Origin: Hormiphora californensis
Lineage: Eukaryota; Animalia; Ctenophora
Length of the DNA stretch: 64,000 nucleotides
Direction: 5' to 3'
Assembly: GCA_020137815.1 (NCBI GenBank)
Contig: CM035356.1
Coordinates: forward strand, 4,092,001-4,156,000
Each line of letters opens with the position of its first letter. The first letter of the stretch is position 1. A program made the position numbers and the translations under genes. The notes beneath the pieces were generated by a model. It worked only from the letters and a program-made list of their open reading frames with translations. It searched no databases and was not told the origin of the DNA. Positions 48,101-60,997 of this stretch are shown here, piece after piece.

Positions 48101-49104
48101 AGGATGGTGAACATGCTCGGGAAGAGACGCTTCCAGACCGCCCCCTGGACTGCTTGGTTCCCAACACAGAGGTTGGTAGTGAGTTGGAGTGAAGCCCGGA
48201 TCACCTGAACGAGGGGGGAGAAGGTGTTAAATAAGGATGGGGTGTTTAGTGAAGGGGTGAGGGATGTTAGAGGAGGGGTGTTTAGTGGAGGAGTGTGTTG
48301 AGCAACTTGACACCCTATCTGACACCCTATCTATGAAACAAGGAGGTATTTAGTGCCATCACACTGTGTATCTGACGTCACTAACCTCGACACAAAGGGG
48401 AGTGTAGGTGAGAGCGTATGGGTACTTGTGCTTCACTCGGTTGCATTTCACTCCGACTTCGTGGTAAAAACAAATGCAGTCGAGGATGGTATCAAGCAGG
48501 CCCGTTTTTACCTGAGGGGGGCAGAAGTTTATCTATGACGTCACTCGTGGATTATTTTCTGAGTACAATAATAACATGGTAACCATGGTAACTAACCTGT
48601 AGGAACTGATTGCGGGCAATGTTAACAACACTATTCCGTAGAAGTCGCACCAAGTTAGCGGTGGCAATGATGGTAACGGACACGATATCCACCTCCCGCT
48701 GAGTGAGATTGCTGACATTGTCAACTTTCTCCCTAACATCCTTGTTTGCCCTCTCCAGGAGCAGCTTCAGGCTGTTGTACATAACTTCATCGAATCTCTC
48801 TCGTGACTGTAACAATAAAGATGGGTTGTTATGGTAACAGAGGGGGTTGTTATGGTAACAGGGGGGGGTTGTTATAATGGTAACAGGGGGGTTGTTATGG
48901 CAACAGTGAATATTGGATGACCGAATGAAGAAAAAAAAATCTAGGATTCTGTAAAATAATTACCTCGGCAGTGGCTTTTGTCCATTTCAGCAACTCAGTC
49001 AGGACACGAGACAGGTCATTCCATTCCACGTATGGTTTAGCTGCTTGGGGACCAACCCATACTCCCCTTCTGATCCGATCAAATTGTCTCTCAATGTCAA
49101 CCAT
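41104..49104 (-). CDS. ATXN10: Ataxin-10 homolog, ~489 aa, 9 exons (48964-49104, 48597-48806, 48386-48511, 48013-48204, 47670-47844, 47410-47559, 46949-47133, 41549-41634, 41104-41308)
   Basis: Phase-consistent splice (1470 nt). ARM-like motifs RLLRNS..NQ and LQLTTNLCVGN..Q..VW. C-terminal LGGIQTILSHCILDGNNPYIMEWSIFALRMLLDGNEENQ matches the ataxin-10 domain. Confidence 0.88.
43505..44132. repeat. Two sets of degenerate direct repeats in the large ATXN10 intron
   Basis: gccatgatacggcctcataaata...tttcatg.tgccgatatgagac occurs twice (~43563, ~43690). atgtccaattaccattgctctaccctacc...tttgaccacggataat occurs twice (~43845, ~44056). Confidence 0.75.
45152..45257 (+). mobile_element. Possible Helitron-type 3' termini upstream of the GPCR
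   Basis: GC hairpin (cccg..ttcgccc-gta-gggtgaa..cggg) followed by CTAG|T at 45185-45189. A second similar hairpin (tacccg...cgggta) follows. Confidence 0.35.
45396..46758 (+). CDS. Rhodopsin-like (class A) 7TM GPCR, 357 aa, 3 exons (45396-45553, 45661-45802, 45985-46758), nested antisense in an ATXN10 intron
   Basis: TM1 GIPSN, TM2 IAIVD, TM3 C...SISR in place of DRY, TM6 NIP, TM7 NSAANPLVYF. GT-AG junctions are in phase. Confidence 0.92.
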
Positions 49105-49584
49105 CTTATACCATCTTACATAAAGAGAATGAAAAGTATGAATTGATTAGGAATAAGGTGGCCTCAGGTTTGTGGCGTGAAGGTAGCGTAATATGCAACT
49201 TTGTTTAACTTAAATAAAAAACTCAAAAATGACCAAAGTTACGGTCAGTCGTACGATTGGTCCGTTCAGTTCACAAAGTTGATAAATCAATAAAAACTAA
49301 TAAGTTTCTACTATATGTTTAGGATAGACCAAACTAATATGGCAGAATCTTTGTTCATTTTCCTCAGTTTCCTGTGGAGAAACACTACTACAGCGTGCTG
49401 GAACGGGTAACTCAGATTGTCTATATGCAATTTTTCTGTAAAAAGGTGAACACTGATATCCTGCTTTCCCGTCATAAAACACTCATTCAAGACATTCTGT
49501 GGAGAAGTAGAGCAGTGTTTTCGGAACTAAGGCCAAAGGGTAGGTTGGGGCAGGTTTGGAATAATTTTGAGCGGGACGGGTTCG

Positions 49585-49683
49585 ACGTGTAACGTCATCA
49601 TCAGCTCAAATTAATTTGTTTTAAGTAGTGTTTCAATCTTTTCAACACTCAAATTAATTTGAGCTGATGATGACGTTACACGT
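49585..49683. repeat. Short inverted-repeat element (34-bp perfect arms), MITE-like
   Basis: acgtgtaacgtcatcatcagctcaaattaatttg ... caaattaatttgagctgatgatgacgttacacgt. Confidence 0.8.
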
Positions 49684-49857
49684 TAAAACCGTCTCAATTA
49701 TGTTTTCCTGCAATAAATCAATAAGTCGTCAAAAACAGCCGATTGGTCAATTTATTGATTCAGTTAACGCATTATTATATGAAAAATATTAGCCAAGCTA
49801 CAAACGTTCATAGTACATAGGGGTAACAAACATTGCCATGCTTCGGGCTCACGTAAG

Positions 49858-49886
49858 CTCACACCGGGCCTTCGGCCCGGTGTGAG
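49858..49886. other. Perfect 13-bp hairpin with a GAA triloop on the minus strand, like a HINE/Helitron terminus
   Basis: ctcacaccgggcc-ttc-ggcccggtgtgag, with an adjacent GGCTCAC motif. Confidence 0.5.
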
Positions 49887-50105
49887 AGCCAACAGACTGG
49901 GAACATGTCAAAAGAAACAAGACATCAAGATTTAAAAGATCAAACTGTAAAAAGTAAAAACATAAATATGTAACATACGTCATTTTACATTTGGGTAAAT
50001 TATTCCGATCTAACACGTTCCAAACATCGACAGCAAAATTGTTATTTGTTAAATACACAGAGTAGAAAGTCAGTAATGATTTTGCCGTGCTAATAGCAGA
50101 AAATT

Positions 50106-50599
50106 TTAATCAAGTTCCATTTGTAACCAGTTTATGAAGAAATACATGTTATCATGTTTCCAGTTCTTGTAGAGTTGATCAACAGACGCAGTTGTGGTAT
50201 TAAGATCGCTACATACAGTGAATTGGGTATTTTTACTACTGCAGTCAACAAAAATATGTTGTAGAAAGTCAGGGTCTTGGTGAAAGTGAGCATCTGTTTC
50301 AGCCTCTAAAATTGCACGATCCTCTACCAACTTAATGGTAATAACTGGCCATGATTTTACATTTTTAACAGCCACTGAAACCTCCACCGCAACTTGGCAT
50401 CTTTTATTGGACTCTCGTGGGTTGTTATCACAATTATAAGGGGTGTGGAGGAACCACACTTTAGAGACCTGAAATGGCAAGCTCAACGGGCCAAGTACAA
50501 ACGTAATATCACCGTATTCACACGATTCTTCGTACTTTTCCCCCATGGCCATGTAATGCCTTAAAGGGTTATCTTTTAGAAAGGTAAACGAATTGACTA
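50106..50599 (-). CDS. C-terminal half of the intronless BTB/POZ gene, cut off by the LINE insertion
   Basis: Open frame LVNSFTFLKDNPLRHYMAMGEKY...AHFHQD...WLQMELD*. It joins in frame to ...LPEKY at 54480 when the LINE and one TSD copy are removed. Confidence 0.75.
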
Positions 50600-53500
50600 A
50601 ATCAAATTCATAAATTTGCGTAACACACAGGATATTTAAAAAGATAAACCTCCTAAAAAGAGTCAATACTCGGTACACTCACAGCACAGCGACACATAAC
50701 ACACTAACACGCATCATGGACACCACTCTAGTATTGAGTTGCTGTTTGCTTGAGCAGGATAACCGCTGATGGGGGGTGTATCCGGAATGGTAGAGAGGAA
50801 ACTACCTAGCTGAGATTTGAACTGATAAAGAGTTGGGGCCTCCTTTACAGATCGAGGCAAAGTGTTCCACAACCTTGCCCCCAGTACCGCAAATGATTGT
50901 TCATATAGCGACAGGTTAGATCGTTGAGCCTCGTACGAGTATCGAGGGACGACAGCTCTAGGGCCAGAGCGGTGACTGTCGACGAAACACATGTCAGTAC
51001 TGTTGGGTATCTCATTGTTGTACACTTTCCACACAAGAATCATAGTGTACCTCTCTCGTCGGCGCTGAAGCGACAAAAGTCCCAGGGTTTGAAGACGTTG
51101 CCAGTAGTTCAGCCCCTTGAGACCAACGATCTTACGGGTGTACGATCGTTGAATATCCTCAACACGACTGATATCCCCATTTTTGGAAGGTGACCACAGT
51201 GTGCAACAGTAGTCAAGATGGGGACGCACCAGTGACTTGTAAAGAGTCATCATGGTGCGGCGAGTTCTGGATCTAAATGCACTTAACGTCCATCCAGCAA
51301 CCCGACTAGCCGTGGTAACAACTCGAGATATTTGGGCCGACCATTGACCATCACTCGAGAGTAGAACACCTAAGTCTCGGACAGTGTCTGTTGGATCGAT
51401 GAACCTCCCATCAGAGAGTTGATAGGAATAGTTCTCAGCACTGAACGGTACTTCTCTAAGCGAACTGGTGTGATTCAGGGTGAAATTCATGACCTCGAAC
51501 TTTGACTGGTGCAAGGACATATTGTTAGCGTCAGCCCAGGTTATCACACTGTTCAGATCCTCCTGTAGGTTCAATTTGTCAACCATAGTACGGATAGCAG
51601 AGAAGATTTTAGTGTCATCAGCGAACGACAAAGAAGAACCGTGTTTGATTACGGATTCCAGGTCAATTACATAAATCAGAAATAAAAGTGGACCGAGAAC
51701 AGTCCCTTGTGGGACCCCACTTCTGACTTCTGCAAAAGAAGACGCTACGCCGTCGACTAAGACCGTTTGTTTCCGGTCTAGTAGGAAGCTGCGGATCCAT
51801 TCAAGGAGTTTGCCCTTAACTCTATATCTCTGCAGCTTTTCGAGAAGTATACCGATGTCAACTTTATCAAAAGCCTTCTCGAAGTCTAAGTAGATTACAT
51901 CCACTTCAAGAAGGTTGTTGAGATTGTTCAGAATATTGTCAATGTGACGAGTGAGTTGGGATAAGCAGCTCCTCTTGCTTCTAAATCCATGCTGAGACTC
52001 GTTAAACAAGTTCTCTGATTCAAAGTATGACACCATTTGAGATCTTACAACCCGTTCAAATGTCTTGGCAATGTGGCTGGTGAGGGAGATCGGGCGGTAA
52101 TTTTCAGCTTTCATTTTAGGACCCTTTTTGTAGAGGGGTGCAATGTACTGAAGTTTCAGACAGGGTGGTACAATACCAGAATCAAACGATTTGGCCCATA
52201 AGATGGATAGGGGGTAGGACAGCGATGATCGGCAGTCACGTAAAATTCTGGCAGGTACATCTCCTGGAGGGCCGGCTGAATAGGGATTGAGGTCATGTAG
52301 TGCCTTTTCAATATCAGCGGTGGAGAAAACGATGTCTGAAAGGCTGCATGTAGAAGGAGTAATGTTGTCTGCAGCTGCTGAAGGGGAGTTTGAAGGAGTG
52401 CTGAAAACAGAGGTAAATTGTGATTGAAATAGTTCTGCCTTCATCTCGGGAACGTCCGTAAGTGACCCATCACTTTTCTGTAAAGGAGGTATACGTGACC
52501 GGGTCTTCCTCTTTCGGTTGGCGTATGACCAGAAGAATTTTGGGTTAGCTTTGAGTTTTATCAACGCCTCGTTTTCATCAGAATCAAGTCGCTGAGAAAT
52601 GTGACACAAGATGGCCCAAGTAATTCTGGAAACACCAACCTCTAGCTGTGGCAAAAGGTGAGGTTTATTCTGCCGGGCAAGAGTAATCCGTTTATTCAAA
52701 CTCCGCTGTTTCACTTTCAATTTCCTGAGAATAGGGTCCCTTCTTTTTTTACGGGCCTTCTTCTTACGAGAGTGGTGAGATAAGACCTGTAGAACAGTCA
52801 GGGTGAAAAGTTGAACGAAATCAGAACCATCACCGTCATCGCAGATGTCGGCGAGTGCTAGCCAGTCGATCTGGTCCAACTCCCTACACATTTCAGGGAA
52901 GTTAGCCTCGTGAAAGTTGTAAATATCAAAGTCCGTGAATCGATGGTCTGATTGACGAGTGGGTAAGATACCAAACCCAAGTGTAGAGCTGATCATATTA
53001 TGGTCAGAAATACACGACTCCGATACCTCAGTTTTGAAGACATAGTCTGGCCGATTGGTGAGAACGAGGTCTAGAATATTCAAGCCCCGTGTTGGAGAGT
53101 CAACAAGCTGAGTGAGAAAATATGAGTTCACAAATTTTAGTAGCATCTGTGAGCTAGGTCCTCCAGTGAGTGTCCCCCAGTCTATGTCTGGCATATTGAA
53201 GTCGCCCATGACATAGATGTCAGGACAACCCTTGTCGAGTTCGCACTGATCAATGAAACGGGATAGATCATCAAAAAGATCATTCGCAGGGGAAGATGGC
53301 GCCCTGTACACAACACAGAAAACCGAGTGGGTCTCCTTGATGTATACAGCAGCTGCACTATTGGACGTGTCTGAGAATCTGAACTCAGAGGAAGGGGTCA
53401 GTTGATTGTTAATGTAGAGTGCACAACCACCACCTCTTCTACCCGCTCTGTCACAACGAGTTAGGTGAAAGCCTTCAATCTCCAATTGGGCATCAGAGAA

Positions 53501-54472
53501 ATCATCATGCCACCAGGTCTCCGTAATACCGGTGCAAAGGATGGGTATTGACGGATTCTCCAGTGAGTCCTTGATAAAAGAAAACTTCCACCGACAGTCA
53601 CTAGCTGCGGAAGGCGTTAAACTGCGGGCGTTGATGAGGAGTAATTCCGAAACCGTTCCAGAACCCCTTGGTAGTTGGTCGGGGTGTTCAGGCCTGGTTG
53701 TGTGAGTGTCAGATGTTTGGGCCGGGGTGTGTGTTCCCTCGTCATCTCTTCCCTGAAGGACTGTAGAGATGAGTTCAGTGACGTCTTTACTTCTCGAAGA
53801 ATCTCGTCCCTCACTGAGGCCATCAATGCCATGAGAAAATCCTCTTGTGAACGGATGTCATTGGTCGCGGCACGGGGATCGGTCTCAGTTTTGTTAATCT
53901 TCTTCTTCTTCTTCTTCTTTGGGTTTGGAGGAGCTGAGCGAGGGGTCTCTTTCTGCTCCACTTTCTGAGGGACACCACTGGTTTTGTTACCAGCAGTCTT
54001 CAATGAATTACCCTTGGTAGGGGCTACTTCACTTCTCCGAGTGTTCTTTAAATGTGTGTCTTTACATTCTTTGTCGGTACAGACTCGGGAGATCTCAGAC
54101 TTATGGCAGAGAGGTGGGTGAAAATCCTGGCACTGGTCACCATAGTTACACCCAGAACGAGTTGCCGTTCCGAACTGACAATAACGGAGGCATCTCTGGG
54201 GATGTTCCTTGCTGCAAGGCTTACCACTAATCAACTTGTCACCATTTGGGCCATGAGGACAGTCTCTCAGTAGATAACGTTCACAAACATTGCTGAATTT
54301 AGGAACACCTTGGGGTTTCACCTCTCCATCAGAAGATATGTCTCCAAGATCCACATCTTTTAGAACTGTCACTCCACCAACAGGAGTTACCAGATCATCA
54401 GGATCTTTCTTGACAGGAGCTTGTTTCTTCTTCCTCTTCTTCTTACCGCTACGGCCTGCCTTTGGACTGATT
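50600..54472 (-). mobile_element. 5'-truncated CR1-group non-LTR retrotransposon (3873 bp) with a 7-bp TSD
   Basis: ORF1 remnant with three CCCH fingers, ORF2 with APE and RT domains, short 3' UTR ending aatttatgaatttgatt. TTGACTA (+ strand) occurs at 50593-50599 and 54473-54479. Confidence 0.9.
50714..53857 (-). CDS. LINE ORF2: apurinic endonuclease plus reverse transcriptase, stop-to-stop frame with no suitable ATG
   Basis: APE motifs LLINARSL, GITETW, VYRAP, MGDFN, LDLVLT and SDH. RT motifs YRPISLTS, QHGFR, LDFEKAFDKV, GVPQGTVLGPLLF, FADD and RDLGV. No stops or frameshifts. Confidence 0.95.
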   Translation of the reverse strand, partial: HPFTRGFSHGIDGLSEGRDSSRSKDVTELISTVLQGRDDEGTHTPAQTSDTHTTRPEHPDQLPRGSGTVSELLLINARSLTPSAASDCRWKFSFIKDSLENPSIPILCTGITETWWHDDFSDAQLEIEGFHLTRCDRAGRRGGGCALYINNQLTPSSEFRFSDTSNSAAAVYIKETHSVFCVVYRAPSSPANDLFDDLSRFIDQCELDKGCPDIYVMGDFNMPDIDWGTLTGGPSSQMLLKFVNSYFLTQLVDSPTRGLNILDLVLTNRPDYVFKTEVSESCISDHNMISSTLGFGILPTRQSDHRFTDFDIYNFHEANFPEMCRELDQIDWLALADICDDGDGSDFVQLFTLTVLQVLSHHSRKKKARKKRRDPILRKLKVKQRSLNKRITLARQNKPHLLPQLEVGVSRITWAILCHISQRLDSDENEALIKLKANPKFFWSYANRKRKTRSRIPPLQKSDGSLTDVPEMKAELFQSQFTSVFSTPSNSPSAAADNITPSTCSLSDIVFSTADIEKALHDLNPYSAGPPGDVPARILRDCRSSLSYPLSILWAKSFDSGIVPPCLKLQYIAPLYKKGPKMKAENYRPISLTSHIAKTFERVVRSQMVSYFESENLFNESQHGFRSKRSCLSQLTRHIDNILNNLNNLLEVDVIYLDFEKAFDKVDIGILLEKLQRYRVKGKLLEWIRSFLLDRKQTVLVDGVASSFAEVRSGVPQGTVLGPLLFLIYVIDLESVIKHGSSLSFADDTKIFSAIRTMVDKLNLQEDLNSVITWADANNMSLHQSKFEVMNFTLNHTSSLREVPFSAENYSYQLSDGRFIDPTDTVRDLGVLLSSDGQWSAQISRVVTTASRVAGWTLSAFRSRTRRTMMTLYKSLVRPHLDYCCTLWSPSKNGDISRVEDIQRSYTRKIVGLKGLNYWQRLQTLGLLSLQRRRERYTMILVWKVYNNEIPNSTDMCFVDSHRSGPRAVVPRYSYEAQRSNLSLYEQSFAVLGARLWNTLPRSVKEAPTLYQFKSQLGSFLSTIPDTPPISGYPAQANSNSILEWCP

Positions 54473-55542
54473 TTGACTAGGTATTTTTCTGGTAAAAAAT
54501 CACAAGATTTCCGCATTTCCAACGCCAGTGTTATCGCCCCAGCTAATTCCGGTGAGGTTGAGTCACCAAACACGTCACAGCAGTAGTGCAGAGAAGATAC
54601 AAACTGGACACACGAAATAATTCTCGGTTCCTTATCAAGTACTTTAACAGCATCCAAGAACGAGGTACATTGTCCAAGAGCTGGTATTTCAATTGGGTAG
54701 ACGATCTGAGTCTGTAGCTTTGAGTTACTACTGGGGCTATCTTGTCGGCTAGTAGCACAGAGAGAGACAGGAACCCTTGAAAAAATCTTATATAGACACA
54801 TCAGGTCGTCTTTAGAAAGACAGAGCTCCACAGTTTCCAGTAGTCGCTCATAAAGATCTTTGTCCGCTTGAAGACACACTGTCAGAGAGGGGAGAGTTAG
54901 GAACCTCTTTTCAACGTCAGTGAGTTTCACAGGATGGGGTTTACCCTCAAAATTCTCTATTAGCCACTCGTAGAGAACTGGCACTTCCCTACTACTAGCC
55001 AGGGATAAACACAGGTCTGTGTTCACGTACTCCTGTTGATTAGGATCACGGGAGATGAAATCTTTAACCTGTGCCAATCGAAGAGAAGAGATGTCCCCTA
55101 GTTTGGTATTCAGAGCATCTTGAAGGTCTCTGTTATTCCTCTCCTTGAGGATGTAGGCTGCTTCTTCGAATAGGAACAACGCCAGCTCCAGAGATCCTGA
55201 AGTCAGTCCGGAGCAGAGGTCGGTATAGAACTTCATACACTCTCCAACCATCCATTCGACTTTGAACACTGCACTCAGCTTGTTTACCTCTCTAAAGTTT
55301 TCTCTGGTCAGAACTGCAGTCCCAGTGTAACAGCAATCCACGAAACTTGCAACTGAGGAGTGGGAAAACTCCTCCACGTCGAGTTCTTTCATCTGTTGCT
55401 TTCCCACTAAGTCACAAATCACTAAACTGTTCATGGCCAATGGGAATGAACTTGTCCTGACAACCTCACCTCCACTGCACATCAGTTGCAGATCGTTTAG
55501 ACCATTCAACTCCAGGTAGTGTCGACCAAAGTTCATAGGCAT
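53617..55542 (-). CDS. Chimeric 641-aa ORF: host BTB/POZ N-half (55542-54473) fused in frame to the LINE ORF1 CCCH zinc-finger remnant (54472-53617)
   Basis: BTB-like segment DLQLMCSGGEVV...LAMNSLVI...SVASFVDCCYTG..LTRENFREVNKLSAVFKVEWMVGEC. Composition switches to a Lys-rich linker at the TSD, followed by three C..C..C-x3-H fingers. Confidence 0.85.
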   Translation of the reverse strand: MPMNFGRHYLELNGLNDLQLMCSGGEVVRTSSFPLAMNSLVICDLVGKQQMKELDVEEFSHSSVASFVDCCYTGTAVLTRENFREVNKLSAVFKVEWMVGECMKFYTDLCSGLTSGSLELALFLFEEAAYILKERNNRDLQDALNTKLGDISSLRLAQVKDFISRDPNQQEYVNTDLCLSLASSREVPVLYEWLIENFEGKPHPVKLTDVEKRFLTLPSLTVCLQADKDLYERLLETVELCLSKDDLMCLYKIFSRVPVSLCATSRQDSPSSNSKLQTQIVYPIEIPALGQCTSFLDAVKVLDKEPRIISCVQFVSSLHYCCDVFGDSTSPELAGAITLALEMRKSCDFLPEKYLVKISPKAGRSGKKKRKKKQAPVKKDPDDLVTPVGGVTVLKDVDLGDISSDGEVKPQGVPKFSNVCERYLLRDCPHGPNGDKLISGKPCSKEHPQRCLRYCQFGTATRSGCNYGDQCQDFHPPLCHKSEISRVCTDKECKDTHLKNTRRSEVAPTKGNSLKTAGNKTSGVPQKVEQKETPRSAPPNPKKKKKKKINKTETDPRAATNDIRSQEDFLMALMASVRDEILREVKTSLNSSLQSFREEMTREHTPRPKHLTLTQPGLNTPTNYQGVLERFRNYSSSTPAV

Positions 55543-55738
55543 CGTGCAGGTGTAAGGCCATTGGATTTCTGTAGAATAAATTTGGGGTTTATTATTTTTT
55601 ACAGCGAACTGAGATGGAATCACAGCCACTAGCCAGCATACGGCTTTCAAACGTTCAGGGACGCGACGTCCACTTTTTGAAAAAAAAACTCTTTCGCAGC
55701 CGATTTTTTTAAATTTTCATTTTTGACATCTCAAAACT

Positions 55739-55910
55739 GGCCAGCGTTAAAATCTGGGTGTTTGGTGAGTGCTGACAAACGGTTTTTTAGGGTTAGGGCT
55801 AAAGTAGGGTTAGGGCTGGGGTTTGGGTTGGGGTTAGGCCTTGACATTTCCTACCAGATAAACTTTGAATTAGCCAAAACGGTTGATGCACCCAGATCGT
55901 AACGGCGCCC
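55739..55910. mobile_element. 172-bp Mutator-like MITE with 9-bp TSD and telomere-like TTAGGG repeats
   Basis: CTCAAAACT at 55730-55738 and 55911-55919. Imperfect TIRs GG..CGTTA.ATCTGGGTG / CACCCAGAT..TAACG..CC. Internal ttagggttaggg-like run at ~55787-55838. Confidence 0.8.
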
Positions 55911-56412
55911 CTCAAAACTCGCATCGCGACGGTCGCGGTGCACCTTTAGTGCTGCGCGCTTCACGGCGACGTACTCTCCCGAATTGTGCTGCGACTCCGG
56001 TTACCCCACGGTCATCATAAACACGGAAACTTAAACGTCAGTTTAACAAATTATAATGAATTAGCAATTCTGAAGCGTGATAATAAACCAAGTTTGACAC
56101 AACTGTCTCTGTCCATTTATCGCTGTCCCTGGAGATGCCAGCTCCCGTTTCCAGAATTGAGACAAGGAGCACCGCGCGCCTTGAAACTGCTGACACATCA
56201 GGTGTATAGGACGGCGCGTTCCAGTCAGTCGATTCTGGTACTGTCACTCTCTCTCTGGCGCGGCCTCCCCGGAGTTAGTATGAACAATTGGCGGGCTCAG
56301 TGTTGTTCATATGTCAGGCCGTACTCGATACGTCAAGAGAAGTGGTAACTCCTGAAAGAAGAGGGGTGTTAATATTGTCACTTAACATGCACCGCTATTT
56401 AGCAGGCACATA

Positions 56413-59948
<3,536 letters not shown>

Positions 59949-60584
59949 CCTAAACAGTTGGATAAATGTATAATGGTGATTGGAGGTATTGGTACTGGAA
60001 GAGGGGGTTAAATGTTTACAATAAGAATTTAATCGTTTGCAGTGCAGGGGCGTCGCACGGCATTCAAGTTTCAACCGCGTCCGCCCATGTGGGTCCAGGG
60101 TCGGATGCGGAGCCCCGGGAGCTGGAGGGGCCGGGGGTAGGGGGCAGAGCCGTGAGCCCCCGTGAACAGGGCCCAAGGGCTGCACTTAACCATGCCGGTA
60201 ACACTTTCAGATTTCGGGTACTAAACTCAGAACTAAGAACTATAGCCCTGATGAGAAACTTTAAATTTGGATGTTAGGAAGATCACCTCGAGTTCTCCCA
60301 ACTAAATTTAAGACTCTATCTCATCAGGGGGTGGAGCTATGAGTTTAAAACTCAGTTATGACCGTGGGAAATTTCTCAAAATTCAAGTGAGGGCTATTTT
60401 GATGGGGGTTCCCTATAAATCTCGGGCACCATAGCCAATCTGTGGAGGAGCTGATGCCCACCACGTGCTAACTCCTTCATCTCAGCTCAGGAGATTCCGA
60501 GAGCGACTTTTTGAAGGATCTTGTCACCAAAAATTAAGAAAACGTCATCAAAAATGAAAGTTTCCAAAAAAGCGTTTTCACATC

Positions 60585-60667
60585 TAGTGGAAGCTCTTAC
60601 GGTAATTCCCACGCCCCACGAAAAACTTTCCCACGGGGCGTGGGAATTACCGTAAGAGCTTCCACTA
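60585..60667. mobile_element. 83-bp palindromic MITE-like element with TA termini
   Basis: 33-bp perfect arms tagtggaagctcttacggtaattcccacgcccc and its reverse complement, 17-bp spacer. Confidence 0.75.
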
Positions 60668-60997
60668 ATCATGATTTTTCGTTCTCAATATATTTCTGCG
60701 CGGCTCAATAGATAAAGTTTATTTGCGCGTCACTTTGGCGAAGTGTTGACAAAAGTACTCTTTATAGCAGAACTTGCTGGCGCGCTCCATTGAGTATCTT
60801 AACAGGGCTTGGAACACTGTGACACAATGTTGCCCCACACCGAGACTTGGCAATAAGTGCGGGAAATGGAAAACAAAAAACACGGTGTCTTTAGCTGTGG
60901 ATAAGAATTAAGAAAACAGTCCGCTTGTGAAAACATATAATCTAAAATAAAATTAGAGAGAACAAATCGCTCTAAACAAGTCTGTCTCGCTCTGTGT

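Noticed and set aside
48652-48680. Plus-strand SGGND, like the missing FZR1 exon
   Set aside because: It is the antisense of an ATXN10 coding exon and the flanks do not match.
53617-55650. Native full-length LINE ORF1 carrying a BTB domain, plus a third ORF
   Set aside because: Disfavoured because the 7-bp duplication reconstructs a single in-frame host gene. It is kept only as the alternative to test. The track's TTG start at 55650 lies upstream of an acceptor-like site.
55787-55838. TTAGGG tract as a telomere or chromosome-fusion relic
   Set aside because: Short, degenerate and enclosed by TIRs and a TSD, so it is part of a MITE.
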